The notes under the pieces: generated by a model | Databases searched by the model: none | Seen by the model: only the letters and a program-made list of their open reading frames with translations | Told to the model about the DNA's origin: nothing | Made by a program: the position numbers and the translations under genes | IMG/VR virus record: IMGVR_UViG_3300045988_088815 | Location: 32,001 to 96,000 of that record | Strand: one strand, 5' to 3' | DNA length: 64,000 nucleotides | Source: a virus | Part shown: piece after piece, positions 42,074 through 50,800 of the stretch | Position numbering within the stretch: the stretch's first letter is position 1 | Layout: the number at the start of each line of letters is the position of its first letter

Positions 42074-42313
42074 ATGAAGGAAATGTTCTTTAAAAGTGTA
42101 AAGTTCCGTGAAGTTCAGCATTTGGCATTCTCGGATGAATATATAACTGCATACGTATCGGTGAACCATGTTCCTAAGATACACCTAAGTGTAAATACAC
42201 CTCGTGATGAATATGGGTTTGCGAAAGGTAAATCAAAGCGTTACTTTAGAGTGGGGTTTGGAAAATGGCTCACCGAACGAGTGTTTGTTAAGAAATATTT
42301 TAGTGAAGAATAA
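42074..42313 (+). CDS. hypothetical protein
   Basis: 79-aa ORF. Confidence 0.5.
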   Translation: MKEMFFKSVKFREVQHLAFSDEYITAYVSVNHVPKIHLSVNTPRDEYGFAKGKSKRYFRVGFGKWLTERVFVKKYFSEE

Positions 42314-43324
42314 ATGAATATAAAAAAGTCAGATATGGGAAATAAGATTAATGTAGCGGAAATCCTAAAGGATAAGCCGCAAGGAACTAAGTTGTACGAC
42401 TTATTACGCAATATAGACGTAGAGTTAGATAAAGTCAACACAACAGACGTTGGTACTTATATAGAATGTACATCAACTAATGAAGTAGGCAGTACTCTTT
42501 TGTTTGATTATTCAAAACTAGGTACAGAAAAATGCTGGCTTGCAGGCTTACGGATTCTCCTTCCTTCTAAGAATATGCGTGACTGGGGCAAATTCGCATG
42601 GAAGAAGGGCGATGTGCTTATCAATAGTTGTGGATTTCAGTGCATTTTCAAAGAATGGGCATCTGATGATTATACAAAGTTCAACGGATGCTATTCTAAT
42701 AGTAGGGATGGTTACGAAGACGTATCAAATGCAGAAACAGCTAAGTTTGTCAAGTTAGATAACAATATTGCCTATGGATATGTCAGAGAGATTGAAAGAA
42801 AATTAGGTGGCATACTAAACCTTGAAACTTTGGATATTGAGAAGGCTCAGCCAGAGTACAAGGATGGTGATATACTATGTGTAATTGAAAGTTCTAACAA
42901 TTATCACTATATACTTATATACGAAGGTCAAGATGATGAACATATTTATCGCTATGTAACAATGCTTGAGAATAATTCTTTAATTATAGAAAAGGGTTCT
43001 TATTTTACAAAACCAAAAGACTATTCTATGCGCTATGCCACAGAAGAAGAGAAGCAGCAGCTCTTTGACGCTCTCTCAAAGAAAGACAAGGCTTGGGATG
43101 CTGAGAAGAAAATGATTGTTGATTTGAAGAAAAAAGTCGAGCTTAAACCTTTTGATAAGGTTGTAGTAAGATGTAGCGAAGCAGATAGATGGTCTATAGA
43201 TTTCTTTAGTTATAAAGCACCTAACGGATATATATGTACAGGAGACGCTTGGTTTGGATATTGTCTTCCTTACAATGAGGAGACTGCAAAGTTAATAGGT
43301 ACAACTAAAAATATGGAGGTTTAA
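42314..43324 (+). CDS. hypothetical protein
   Basis: 336-aa ORF. Confidence 0.6.
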   Translation: MNIKKSDMGNKINVAEILKDKPQGTKLYDLLRNIDVELDKVNTTDVGTYIECTSTNEVGSTLLFDYSKLGTEKCWLAGLRILLPSKNMRDWGKFAWKKGDVLINSCGFQCIFKEWASDDYTKFNGCYSNSRDGYEDVSNAETAKFVKLDNNIAYGYVREIERKLGGILNLETLDIEKAQPEYKDGDILCVIESSNNYHYILIYEGQDDEHIYRYVTMLENNSLIIEKGSYFTKPKDYSMRYATEEEKQQLFDALSKKDKAWDAEKKMIVDLKKKVELKPFDKVVVRCSEADRWSIDFFSYKAPNGYICTGDAWFGYCLPYNEETAKLIGTTKNMEV

Positions 43325-43327
43325 GAT

Positions 43328-43474
43328 ATGGACGAAGCTTTTAAGAAGGAACTTATAGAGCATTGTAAAAGGCAAATGCAACGCTTTGAGAGAATGGGAA
43401 GAACAGATTCTTTCGCATATAAAGAACATGCTGTTTTACTTAGTTTTCTTGAACGTCCATATTTACCTTTTTAA
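43328..43474 (+). CDS. small hypothetical protein (48 aa)
   Basis: Hand translation MDEAFKKELIEHCKRQ... Confidence 0.35.
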   Translation: MDEAFKKELIEHCKRQMQRFERMGRTDSFAYKEHAVLLSFLERPYLPF

Positions 43475-43487
43475 TATAGTAATAGTT

Positions 43488-43886
43488 ATGATAGACATAA
43501 AGAAAAAAATCCAAGCCGCCAGAGATTACGCAAGAAAAAGCTATCGTGTAATCAGAAAGGTTAGCAAAAACGGCTTTATGGTTCAAAGAGATAAAAATGC
43601 CGATAAGCATTTCTTGGATGGCATTGATTGGGCAGAGAAAGAGATATTCAAAGATTTGATTCATAATGCTAACGAAGTTCCTCAAATTGGCAGAGGAAGG
43701 ATTCTTGCATACTCAAGAGACTGCGGTTATAGAAATCTTTACAACCTATACGATATGATGTACAAGACTGATTGCGGCACATATCAAGAAATGTGGGAAT
43801 TAGAAGTTAAAGCTTACTATTTGGATGGTTGGATATACGCAGATGAATTGTTTGACTTAATTATCAAAGGAGGTGATAGCAAATGA
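43488..43886 (+). CDS. hypothetical protein
   Basis: 132-aa ORF from an internal ATG (MIDIKKKIQ). Confidence 0.5.
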   Translation: MIDIKKKIQAARDYARKSYRVIRKVSKNGFMVQRDKNADKHFLDGIDWAEKEIFKDLIHNANEVPQIGRGRILAYSRDCGYRNLYNLYDMMYKTDCGTYQEMWELEVKAYYLDGWIYADELFDLIIKGGDSK

Positions 43887-44056
43887 CCGATGCAGAATTT
43901 AATAAGTTTGTGCTTATGCTAGAGAATGAAGCGTTTCGGTTTTCGAGAAGCCAAAACGAATTTAAGGAACATCGAGTAGTGATAGAACAGTCTTTCAAGA
44001 TAGGAGGGATGTTCATCCTTCGAGAGTTGGAAAAGTATTTTAATCAAAAGAAGTAA
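43883..44056 (+). CDS. small hypothetical protein (57 aa)
   Basis: Hand translation; ATGA overlap. Confidence 0.4.
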   Translation: MTDAEFNKFVLMLENEAFRFSRSQNEFKEHRVVIEQSFKIGGMFILRELEKYFNQKK

Positions 44057-44060
44057 GCGT

Positions 44061-44198
44061 ATGATATTATATGAGAATCAATGTTTTGAGCTTTTAAAAG
44101 CTTTGTGTTATAGTGTCCCACAGAATCCAAATGTCGGTAGGTTTGAGATTGCAAACGTGATACTTGACACATTACAAAAAATAAAAGATGCGGATTAA
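44061..44198 (+). CDS. small hypothetical protein (45 aa)
   Basis: Hand translation; preceded by the GTAAGCGTATG junction. Confidence 0.35.
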   Translation: MILYENQCFELLKALCYSVPQNPNVGRFEIANVILDTLQKIKDAD

Positions 44199-44225
44199 CA
44201 GCTTTCGGGCACAAATTTAAAGATA

Positions 44226-44402
44226 ATGACAAAGGAAGAAATATTGGAAAAGGCATCTGATTTTGAGGATGAAGATGAGTTTGTGAAGTGTGATAGATTG
44301 CCGTTCACTGAAGAATTGTGGCTTTTACATCAGCTAGTGCATATCGGCTTGTCTTGCACCTATACAGGTCGTGGCTATATAATTGAGAAACTTAAAGATT
44401 AG
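44226..44402 (+). CDS. small hypothetical protein (58 aa)
   Basis: Hand translation MTKEEILEKASDFEDEDE... Confidence 0.4.
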   Translation: MTKEEILEKASDFEDEDEFVKCDRLPFTEELWLLHQLVHIGLSCTYTGRGYIIEKLKD

Positions 44403-44406
44403 TAAA

Positions 44407-45183
44407 ATGGAAGCGAATGATTATTTGAAGGCTATGCAAGCTATGGACGAATTGGATAGACTTGTAACTAGTGTTTATCCGGATAAGTTCAAGTTGGTCT
44501 GCAAGAAGCATGGAATAGATGAATGCGAGGCGATGAACATGTATTCGTACTTGCAAAAGATGCATAAAGGTCAGTCTTGGTTAGTTAGATACAAGCCATT
44601 GGAATATCTAGAGCGTGTGTTAACACTAGCCAAAGAAGCTTATGCGTCTTACATGAACAACGGCTTGATTCTAAGTATGGTCAATTTTGGTGATAAGTAT
44701 ACAAGAATACTTGTAATATTTGAGAAAGATGGCGTAAGAAGCCAACAAGAATTTGACCTTAGAGAGCAAAGAACATATGTTGATATAGCGGACTTTATTG
44801 GAAATGGTTACTCCATCGTATCTGTTATCCGTCAGTCTGACAATGTTGATAGCGAAAAGTTTGTTGGAGAAAAGGATGAACGAAGTCATAGTATTCCTAT
44901 TTACGATGGTGATGTAATGCTTTGTTACGTGAATAAACCGGAATTTTGGAGTTCAGATTGGCGTAATAGCGGACTTTATATTTGTGAGAGCGGCTCATAT
45001 CATAGATTGCTATACACCCCGAATAAGGGGTACGTAAGACATGGAGAGCCTGATGTAGATGAAGACTTCACACTTGATATTGGGGAAGAATCCTTCAGTA
45101 GTTATGTTATGACTTTAACCCAGTCTTGGTATAAGTTGGGTAATGTTCATGCAGGTATAGGCTTTTTGAAGGAGAAAGAATAG
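44407..45183 (+). CDS. hypothetical protein
   Basis: 258-aa ORF from the first ATG. Confidence 0.6.
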   Translation: MEANDYLKAMQAMDELDRLVTSVYPDKFKLVCKKHGIDECEAMNMYSYLQKMHKGQSWLVRYKPLEYLERVLTLAKEAYASYMNNGLILSMVNFGDKYTRILVIFEKDGVRSQQEFDLREQRTYVDIADFIGNGYSIVSVIRQSDNVDSEKFVGEKDERSHSIPIYDGDVMLCYVNKPEFWSSDWRNSGLYICESGSYHRLLYTPNKGYVRHGEPDVDEDFTLDIGEESFSSYVMTLTQSWYKLGNVHAGIGFLKEKE

Positions 45184-45190
45184 AAGTGTT

Positions 45191-45220
45191 AAAGGAGAGG
45201 AATATCATTTCCCCTCCTTT
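45191..45220. terminator. hairpin between convergent genes
   Basis: AAAGGAGAGG / CCCCTCCTTT stem (one mismatch). Confidence 0.5.
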
Positions 45221-45400
45221 GCCTTAATCTCCAGCTCGATAGGCTTGCCGCAATGGGGGCAGATGATAGCCGGAGATTGCGGAACGGATGGCTGCTCTGG
45301 TTGTAGTTCCTTTGGTGTCTCCTTGTAGAATAGCCTCCAATAGGCACATCTAATATTTCGGCAATACGTACCAATGCTTCAAACGATGGGTTCGCTTTAT
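45205..45400 (-). pseudogene. decayed XRE-type repressor gene (N-terminus missing, internal frameshift)
   Basis: The minus strand reads NKANPSFEALVRIAEILDVPIGG, then after a +1 shift YKETPKELQPEQPSVPQSPAIICPHCGKPIELEIKAKEGK-stop. There is no start codon and no first HTH helices. Confidence 0.55.
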
Positions 45401-45472
45401 TAAAAGTCCTAAAATCAAGTATAAGTATTGTTATTATTTAAGCAAATCTTTTGTTATCTAAAGAATTTTTCT

Positions 45473-45510
45473 TATCTTTGCATACATAAAGTGAGTCACA
45501 CAAAAAACTG
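45473..45510 (+). promoter_or_regulatory. promoter (-7 TATCTTTG) plus variant leader motif, copy E
   Basis: TATCTTTGCATACATAAAGTGAGTCACACAAAAAACTG. Confidence 0.55.
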
Positions 45511-45517
45511 AAAAATT

Positions 45518-46234
45518 ATGGAAATTGACAAAAACAAAGTGTATTATTCAAAGGAAGGCTTTGCCTTTCATGTAGTGAAGTATAATGCAAAAAGTAATTA
45601 TTGTGTATGCTTTGCTTACGAGCAAGGGTTTATGCAAAGTATTCTGATAACCGAGTTAGATAATTTCCCATCTTTTAAGCTGTATGGAAAAGCTTATTTC
45701 GATGTAAATGTGATAGAAGAATATGATAAGAAAAGAAAGTCTTTGGCATTTAGAACATGGAGTAGTATATTACACCGAGTTGGGGAATTTAGTTATAAAA
45801 ATGTTGATGTTTGTAAGGAATGGTTATTATTCTCACGTTTTGAGATTTTTCATAATAAATGGTATAAAAAAGGATTTGTGATAGATAAAGATTTACTATC
45901 TGGAGAGGATAAGATTTATTCTCCTAATACTTGCACTTACATGCCGGGTTATTTAAACAATTCTATTAGTTCAGAATTTAATAACCATCTTTATTCTTTT
46001 AGTTACTCGAAAGGTCAATATAGTTTTGTTATAGCGGAAGTAAAGACAAGAGTTTGGGCAAAGACTTTAAAGGACATAATTCATAAGTTTGCTGTATACA
46101 GGTGTATGCGTGTGCGGACTTATTATAATACTTGTTGTAAAGACTTACGTCCAGAGGCAAGGGAAAAAATTAATAAGGTGTATCAAGTGGAATATTTGGA
46201 GAGGCACATAAAGGAACACTTAAAGGAGGATTAA
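45518..46234 (+). CDS. free-standing homing-endonuclease-like protein
   Basis: AFRTWSSILHRV...YKNVDVCKEWLLFSRFEIFHNKW...IDKDLL...YSPNTCTYM resembles the W-x-x-M-x-x-R / VCxEW / DKD...YSPxNC pattern of phage HNH-associated proteins; by eye only. Confidence 0.5.
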   Translation: MEIDKNKVYYSKEGFAFHVVKYNAKSNYCVCFAYEQGFMQSILITELDNFPSFKLYGKAYFDVNVIEEYDKKRKSLAFRTWSSILHRVGEFSYKNVDVCKEWLLFSRFEIFHNKWYKKGFVIDKDLLSGEDKIYSPNTCTYMPGYLNNSISSEFNNHLYSFSYSKGQYSFVIAEVKTRVWAKTLKDIIHKFAVYRCMRVRTYYNTCCKDLRPEAREKINKVYQVEYLERHIKEHLKED

Positions 46235-46300
46235 TCCTCCTTAAGTTGATTCCCATATTAATAGGTCTACCCCAAAGAAGACAAGCTAACTTGGTTGGCA

Positions 46301-46624
46301 CTATTTCATATTTGAAGAAGTTTCCAGCTTATCAACAATAGAACGAAGTTCTTGCAAGGAAGACGCTACAAATGTATCTCCATTTTCTGAGCGGACAAAT
46401 GCACAGAAGTTAAACCTAGGTGAACACTCGTAGTAGATGTCTTCTGGGTCAACAAACAATTGCCAAGTTGGAACACCAAGAAGTTGTGCCATTTCTTCCA
46501 ACCTCGCTTTTGTAGGGTTGCCATTGATAATGTTAGGGATACTTTGCTTGGTTATCCCTAACATCTTAGCAAAAGTAGTCTTTGTGATGCCTTTTTGCTT
46601 TAATATTTCTTCTAGTCTATACAT
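46301..46624 (-). CDS. XRE-family repressor-like HTH protein
   Basis: LEEILKQKGITKTTFAKMLGITKQSIPNIINGNPTKARLEEMAQLLGVP. Confidence 0.8.
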   Translation of the reverse strand: MYRLEEILKQKGITKTTFAKMLGITKQSIPNIINGNPTKARLEEMAQLLGVPTWQLFVDPEDIYYECSPRFNFCAFVRSENGDTFVASSLQELRSIVDKLETSSNMK

Positions 46625-46665
46625 ATTATATATATATTAAATGATTGTACGAACTTATTCGTTTG

Positions 46666-46673
46666 CAAAGGTA
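46666..46673 (-). promoter_or_regulatory. -7 box TACCTTTG for the repressor gene
   Basis: CAAAGGTA on the + strand, 42 nt upstream of the minus-strand start. Confidence 0.45.
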
Positions 46674-46811
46674 CGATTAAATTACGAAAGTAAGAAGAAA
46701 ATATTACTAATAAATGTGAATAAACATGATGGTTTGAATATATTCGTACTAACGAAGGTTAAATATAAGAAGATTTTCATACTTTCTCTTGGTAATATGA
46801 GAAGATATTCG

Positions 46812-46819
46812 TACCTTTG
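46812..46819 (+). promoter_or_regulatory. -7 box TACCTTTG for the rightward operon
   Basis: TACCTTTGCAATGTCTT; 14 nt shared with the hicA promoter. Confidence 0.45.
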
Positions 46820-46908
46820 CAATGTCTTTAAGAGATAAAGGCTTTAAAGTTTAACTATTAATTGCTGTTATGCAGCCGAGTCGGCACTCGTAAAACGGTA
46901 TAGTGATT

Positions 46909-47238
46909 ATGGCTACTACATTAAGAAATACATTGAGTGAGGTAATGAAGCTTGCTTGGCAGTTCATCAAGAAGAACGGCTATACAATGAGCGAGGCTTT
47001 AAAGGTTGCTTGGATGAACATCAAGCTGAAGGGTCAGATGAAGAAGCGCATCGTGAAGTTCTACTTTCAGAAGGTTGATGGCAGCTTGCGTGAGGCATTC
47101 GGCACATTGAGCGAGAAGGTTATCCCAGCTACACAGGGTGCAGGTCGCAAGATGAATGACACTTGTCAAGTGTACTTCGATACCGAGAAAGAAGAATGGC
47201 GTTGCTTCAAGAAGGCAAACCTTATGAGAGTTGCATAA
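46909..47238 (+). CDS. DUF2693-like protein
   Basis: RIVKFYFQKVDGSLREAFGTL...QVYFDTEKEEWRCFKKANL resembles the family common on Bacteroidales mobile elements; by eye. Confidence 0.5.
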   Translation: MATTLRNTLSEVMKLAWQFIKKNGYTMSEALKVAWMNIKLKGQMKKRIVKFYFQKVDGSLREAFGTLSEKVIPATQGAGRKMNDTCQVYFDTEKEEWRCFKKANLMRVA

Positions 47239-47270
47239 CAGATTTCTAACGATTTAAAAAGAAACTAGAT

Positions 47271-47570
47271 ATGAGCGCAAAGATTATCGTGATGCAAGGC
47301 AACATGGTTGCAACCATCGAAGAGACGAACAAGGACGCATTTCTCAAGCGTGGAGAGTATAAAGAGACCGAGCTAGACAAACGCAAGCGTGAGGTTGATT
47401 TCTTGATTACAAGCATCGCAAACCGCTACGAAGTGACATTCAATCACAAGGTAGAGCTGAAAGAAAGCCGAAGCATCAAGAAAAGCGAGTATTTCGATAA
47501 CATCTACTACGTTACCGAGAACGCATTGAACAAGCTGAAAAAGCAATACTCATACGAGTGTGACTTGTAA
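47271..47570 (+). CDS. hypothetical protein
   Basis: 99-aa ORF. Confidence 0.55.
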   Translation: MSAKIIVMQGNMVATIEETNKDAFLKRGEYKETELDKRKREVDFLITSIANRYEVTFNHKVELKESRSIKKSEYFDNIYYVTENALNKLKKQYSYECDL

Positions 47571-47631
47571 TAGATTTCGTGAGGCACACGCTAAACTGCA
47601 CCGGACTTTGAACATTAAATATTTAAGAGAT

Positions 47632-47928
47632 ATGGATAAGAATTTGAAGGATGCTCTTTATGTTGAGCATAATGGCAGGATTGGTGTTTTAAGCTCAGAT
47701 GAGAATAAGGTGGTATCGCAGGTTATCGGCACGGATTTGACGCTTGTGTACGACAAGAAAGAGGGTAATACGTACCTTTTGATACCACTAACCCGAAACC
47801 ATAAGTTCGAATGCAAAAGTAGCCACATTATCGTGGATGGCAAGCGGTTCGATTCTGACATCTTTTTCCGCAAGGATGCTTGCCAATGGATTGAGATTGA
47901 CAAAGAAACGTTATCTAAGGTAGCGTAA
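47632..47928 (+). CDS. hypothetical protein, paralog of 13300-13644
   Basis: 98-aa ORF from an internal ATG; shared LIPLT..H.FE...VDG.R..S..F motif. Confidence 0.55.
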   Translation: MDKNLKDALYVEHNGRIGVLSSDENKVVSQVIGTDLTLVYDKKEGNTYLLIPLTRNHKFECKSSHIIVDGKRFDSDIFFRKDACQWIEIDKETLSKVA

Positions 47929-47948
47929 GAAATAATGATGTTTAAGCT

Positions 47949-48206
47949 ATGAAAGTATATGTAGTAATTTCTTCATACCAACATGGATTGGGTGAAGCAG
48001 TGGAGGTTGATGCAGAAGTCTTCTCTACCATAGATAAGGCAAGAAAAGCGATAAGACACAAAGGGATGAACACTTTGGAGAATTACAAGCGAGTTTTGAA
48101 TTGCGATGATTATCTATACAATATCTCAGATTCTTTCTTTCATATCTCAGACAGCGAAGGAGAGACGTGGGATAATTTCGATGTTGTAGAACGAGAAGTA
48201 AAGTAA
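47949..48206 (+). CDS. hypothetical protein
   Basis: 85-aa ORF. Confidence 0.5.
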   Translation: MKVYVVISSYQHGLGEAVEVDAEVFSTIDKARKAIRHKGMNTLENYKRVLNCDDYLYNISDSFFHISDSEGETWDNFDVVEREVK

Positions 48207-48213
48207 TAAGACT

Positions 48214-48459
48214 ATGGATATTAAGATTATCAAAGACATCTTAGATGATGCAAAGGAGTGCGGTTGCATTGCTGGTATTTCACTCTCTAATGGGCAGTTA
48301 ACTCATGCAAACTTTAGCAAATCAAAGTTATTTGATTTTACTGCCGATGTTCTTTATAACAAAAAAAAGCATTTGATAACTATACTTGCTGAGAACGGAA
48401 ACAGAGATTACATTGATAGTGACACTATCATACGTATCTTTATTAGAGAAGGTGTTTAA
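48214..48459 (+). CDS. hypothetical protein
   Basis: 81-aa ORF. Confidence 0.5.
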   Translation: MDIKIIKDILDDAKECGCIAGISLSNGQLTHANFSKSKLFDFTADVLYNKKKHLITILAENGNRDYIDSDTIIRIFIREGV

Positions 48460-48478
48460 CAATTAATTATAGGAGAAT

Positions 48479-48727
48479 ATGGATGCAGGTCATGTGAATG
48501 TGATATTAGGCGAAGCCGAGGACAAAGGTCTTAGAGGAAATATCAACTTGGTAGGTGGAGCAAAAATAAGTTTTGACTTCAATGGTATTGGTATTGAAAC
48601 ATCTTTCAATTGCAATACAAAGAACAGAACACTTATGATTGGAAGTGGAAGTACAGTAGTGTTTACACGTAAATATATTGATTGTAGCTCTATCCAGTAT
48701 ATTGAAGTGTTTGAACGTACAAAATAA
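48479..48727 (+). CDS. hypothetical protein
   Basis: 82-aa ORF; upstream AATTATAGGAGA is shared with the next gene. Confidence 0.5.
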   Translation: MDAGHVNVILGEAEDKGLRGNINLVGGAKISFDFNGIGIETSFNCNTKNRTLMIGSGSTVVFTRKYIDCSSIQYIEVFERTK

Positions 48728-48744
48728 TTATAGGAGATAAGAAT

Positions 48745-49029
48745 ATGGATATATTAGATTATTATGAGGTTATAACTTCAAAGATTTTCAAGTTGGAAAG
48801 CATGAACGAGGGGCTTGTATTGATAGCACCGGAGCAGGAGGTAGATGGAGTCCGTTCCTTGATGGTGGGATTATATGTTCCTGAGCATGAACGATACAAG
48901 ATGTACACTTTCCGTTCCTCTATGAATGAGGGTGAACTAAGTGACAAGTACAAGGCAATGGTCTGCACGATGGATGTTCTTAAACCGGATTGGGATAGAA
49001 TAAGAAAGAAAAGACGGAAGAGGTTCTAA
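48745..49029 (+). CDS. hypothetical protein
   Basis: 94-aa ORF. Confidence 0.5.
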   Translation: MDILDYYEVITSKIFKLESMNEGLVLIAPEQEVDGVRSLMVGLYVPEHERYKMYTFRSSMNEGELSDKYKAMVCTMDVLKPDWDRIRKKRRKRF

Positions 49030-49194
49030 CCTCTTACCGCCTTAAGTACAGAAGAAACATACTTGATGGTTATTTATCTGAATACATCAAGCAAAAGTGT
49101 GTTGAAATATCAGAGAATGCAAATTATTTCAAGATTATTTTTAGAAAAGATGAAAATAAATTAGAGTTTTCTTGCATTTCTCGAAGGTTTTTAT

Positions 49195-49202
49195 TACCTT
49201 TG
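49195..49202 (+). promoter_or_regulatory. -7 promoter box TACCTTTG
   Basis: TAnnTTTG match with CTTGCAT about 20 nt upstream. Confidence 0.45.
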
Positions 49203-49230
49203 CGAATGTAAACAACAAAACAATGAGCTT

Positions 49231-49635
49231 ATGAAAGTATTATCTATTCGCCAGCCGTATGCTTGGTTAATCGCTATCGGCTGCAAGACCATTGAAAACA
49301 GAACCTGGAATAGAAAGTTCCGTGGTCGTTTCCTTATTCATGCAAGCCAAGCCAAACCCGAAAAACTTGACGGATGGCAGGAGAGCGCAATGAAGAAATA
49401 TTGCCAAGAGCATGGTATTGTTATTCCAGACTTCAAAGACTTACCAACGTCAGCCATTATCGGCAGTGTAGAATTGGATGATATTCAATTTCATGAGGCT
49501 TATCCGGATGCGTTTGCTGAAGATTTCCAATATCATTGGTTCTTGAAGAATGCTAAATTGTTCGATGAGCCGATTAGAAACGTCAAAGGCAAGTTATTCC
49601 TCTGGGATTATGAGTACAATGAAGCCGAAAAGTAA
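49231..49635 (+). CDS. ASCH-domain protein
   Basis: MKVLSIRQPYAWLIAIGCKTIENRTW...RGRFLIHAS. Confidence 0.7.
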   Translation: MKVLSIRQPYAWLIAIGCKTIENRTWNRKFRGRFLIHASQAKPEKLDGWQESAMKKYCQEHGIVIPDFKDLPTSAIIGSVELDDIQFHEAYPDAFAEDFQYHWFLKNAKLFDEPIRNVKGKLFLWDYEYNEAEK

Positions 49636-49750
49636 AATAACAATACTTATGTAATAAAAATACAAGTCGTTGGAAATTAGCGCAAAAGTGCTTGTGGGTC
49701 TAAGAGGTAAATAAGGAAATAATATAAACATATTGTAAAATATTGAAGTT

Positions 49751-50467
49751 ATGAAGAAGAAATTGATTATTGCCATCATCGCAGCTATCGTTGTGCTAGG
49801 TGGCGGCATTGGTGGCTATGTGTATCATTCTAACCAAGTTAAGGCAGAAAAAATGGCTAATTACAAGAAGGCGTTGTCTGATTATCGCTTCAATAGCAAC
49901 AGATTAATATATTCTTTGGATTTCGTAGTAACGGATTTTATAATCAATTGGAACTCGGCTATAACGAATAAAAAGGCTATGAACACAAAGAACGAAATCG
50001 TTCCTTGCTCCGATTTCGAGGATGCCGTTTCTTTTCGATATGCCTTCTATGATAAGTATGGCGCATATAAGATTTTAGATAGCGTATATGTCTCATTAGG
50101 AAAACATTTGGAAAAGATGCGTGTAAATGCTAATGAAGAACAGCAAAAAATCGTAGAAACCTGTAGTAATGAATACAGGGAGTTGAATAATGCTATTGTT
50201 CTTGTGAAAAAGCCTTATGGCGCATTGGTGCAATATTCTAAACAGAAAGGAGACTTATTCTTTAAACTTTATGCTTTTGATAGCGAATTGGCTAAAGTTT
50301 CTCCATTGGAAGAAGATAAGGGCGATGAGAGAACAAAAGCAATGAATATGGAATTATACGGAACGCATTTGTTTGTTACGGCAGACTTTGACAAAGAACC
50401 GCAAAAGGCAAAAAAGCAAAGTTATACGTTTAGTAACATCACTACAAATTGGATTTATTTAAAATGA
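49751..50467 (+). CDS. membrane-anchored or secreted protein
   Basis: N-terminal KKKLIIAIIAAIVVLGGGIGGYV. Confidence 0.55.
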   Translation: MKKKLIIAIIAAIVVLGGGIGGYVYHSNQVKAEKMANYKKALSDYRFNSNRLIYSLDFVVTDFIINWNSAITNKKAMNTKNEIVPCSDFEDAVSFRYAFYDKYGAYKILDSVYVSLGKHLEKMRVNANEEQQKIVETCSNEYRELNNAIVLVKKPYGALVQYSKQKGDLFFKLYAFDSELAKVSPLEEDKGDERTKAMNMELYGTHLFVTADFDKEPQKAKKQSYTFSNITTNWIYLK

Positions 50468-50520
50468 TGGTTCTATTTTAATATAGCGTAATCTTTAAAA
50501 TAGGTTTCTAAAAGAAAATA

Positions 50521-50585
50521 AAGTTCAAAAGAACAAAGAAATACACTAAATAGTTTGCGTGTTTCAGAAATTATGCTTACCTTTG
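50521..50585 (+). promoter_or_regulatory. promoter of the cassette family (upstream element plus -7 TACCTTTG at 50578) driving a non-coding transcript
   Basis: AAAGAAATACACTAAATAGTTTGCGTGTTTCAGAAAT parallels the upstream halves of cassettes A-C. Confidence 0.55.
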
Positions 50586-50700
50586 CAAACGAAATCAGAA
50601 ATGGTTTTGTAGCTTCAATATTGCATTCTCTACATTAGCGATATTGGTAGCTACGTTTATACATAAGGCAATAGCTTTATAAGCTAGAAGTCATTAAATG

Positions 50701-50800
50701 AAGTGCAGTGTACAACAGAAAAGTGGTGTGAAGTGTAGTGGAGTGCGGTGAAGTCTAGTGTAGTAGGGTAAAGTGCAGTATGGTATAGTACAGTATAGTG
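50701..50800 (+). repeat. 20 phased pentamers, 17 fitting N-R-G-T-N (C-poor)
   Basis: aagtg cagtg tacaa cagaa aagtg gtgtg aagtg tagtg gagtg cggtg aagtc tagtg tagta gggta aagtg cagta tggta tagta cagta tagtg. Confidence 0.8.

Noticed and set aside
45189-45374. The 61-aa minus-strand ORF taken at face value as a gene
   Set aside because: Only its first third is HTH-like. The rest is an out-of-frame reading of a C-terminal zinc-ribbon-like tail, so it is better explained as a frameshifted gene remnant and is annotated as a pseudogene.
50698-50751. A 17-codon ORF (MKCSVQQKSGVKCSGVR) inside the candidate ncRNA
   Set aside because: It is too short to support, and its amino-acid pattern simply mirrors the AGTG nucleotide repeat.
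50701-50800. The repeat tract considered as a CRISPR array or as replication iterons
   Set aside because: The units are only 5-10 nt, with no spacer-repeat alternation and no cas genes. The tract sits between a promoter and a terminator, which favours an RNA function. An iteron role cannot be excluded but is unsupported.
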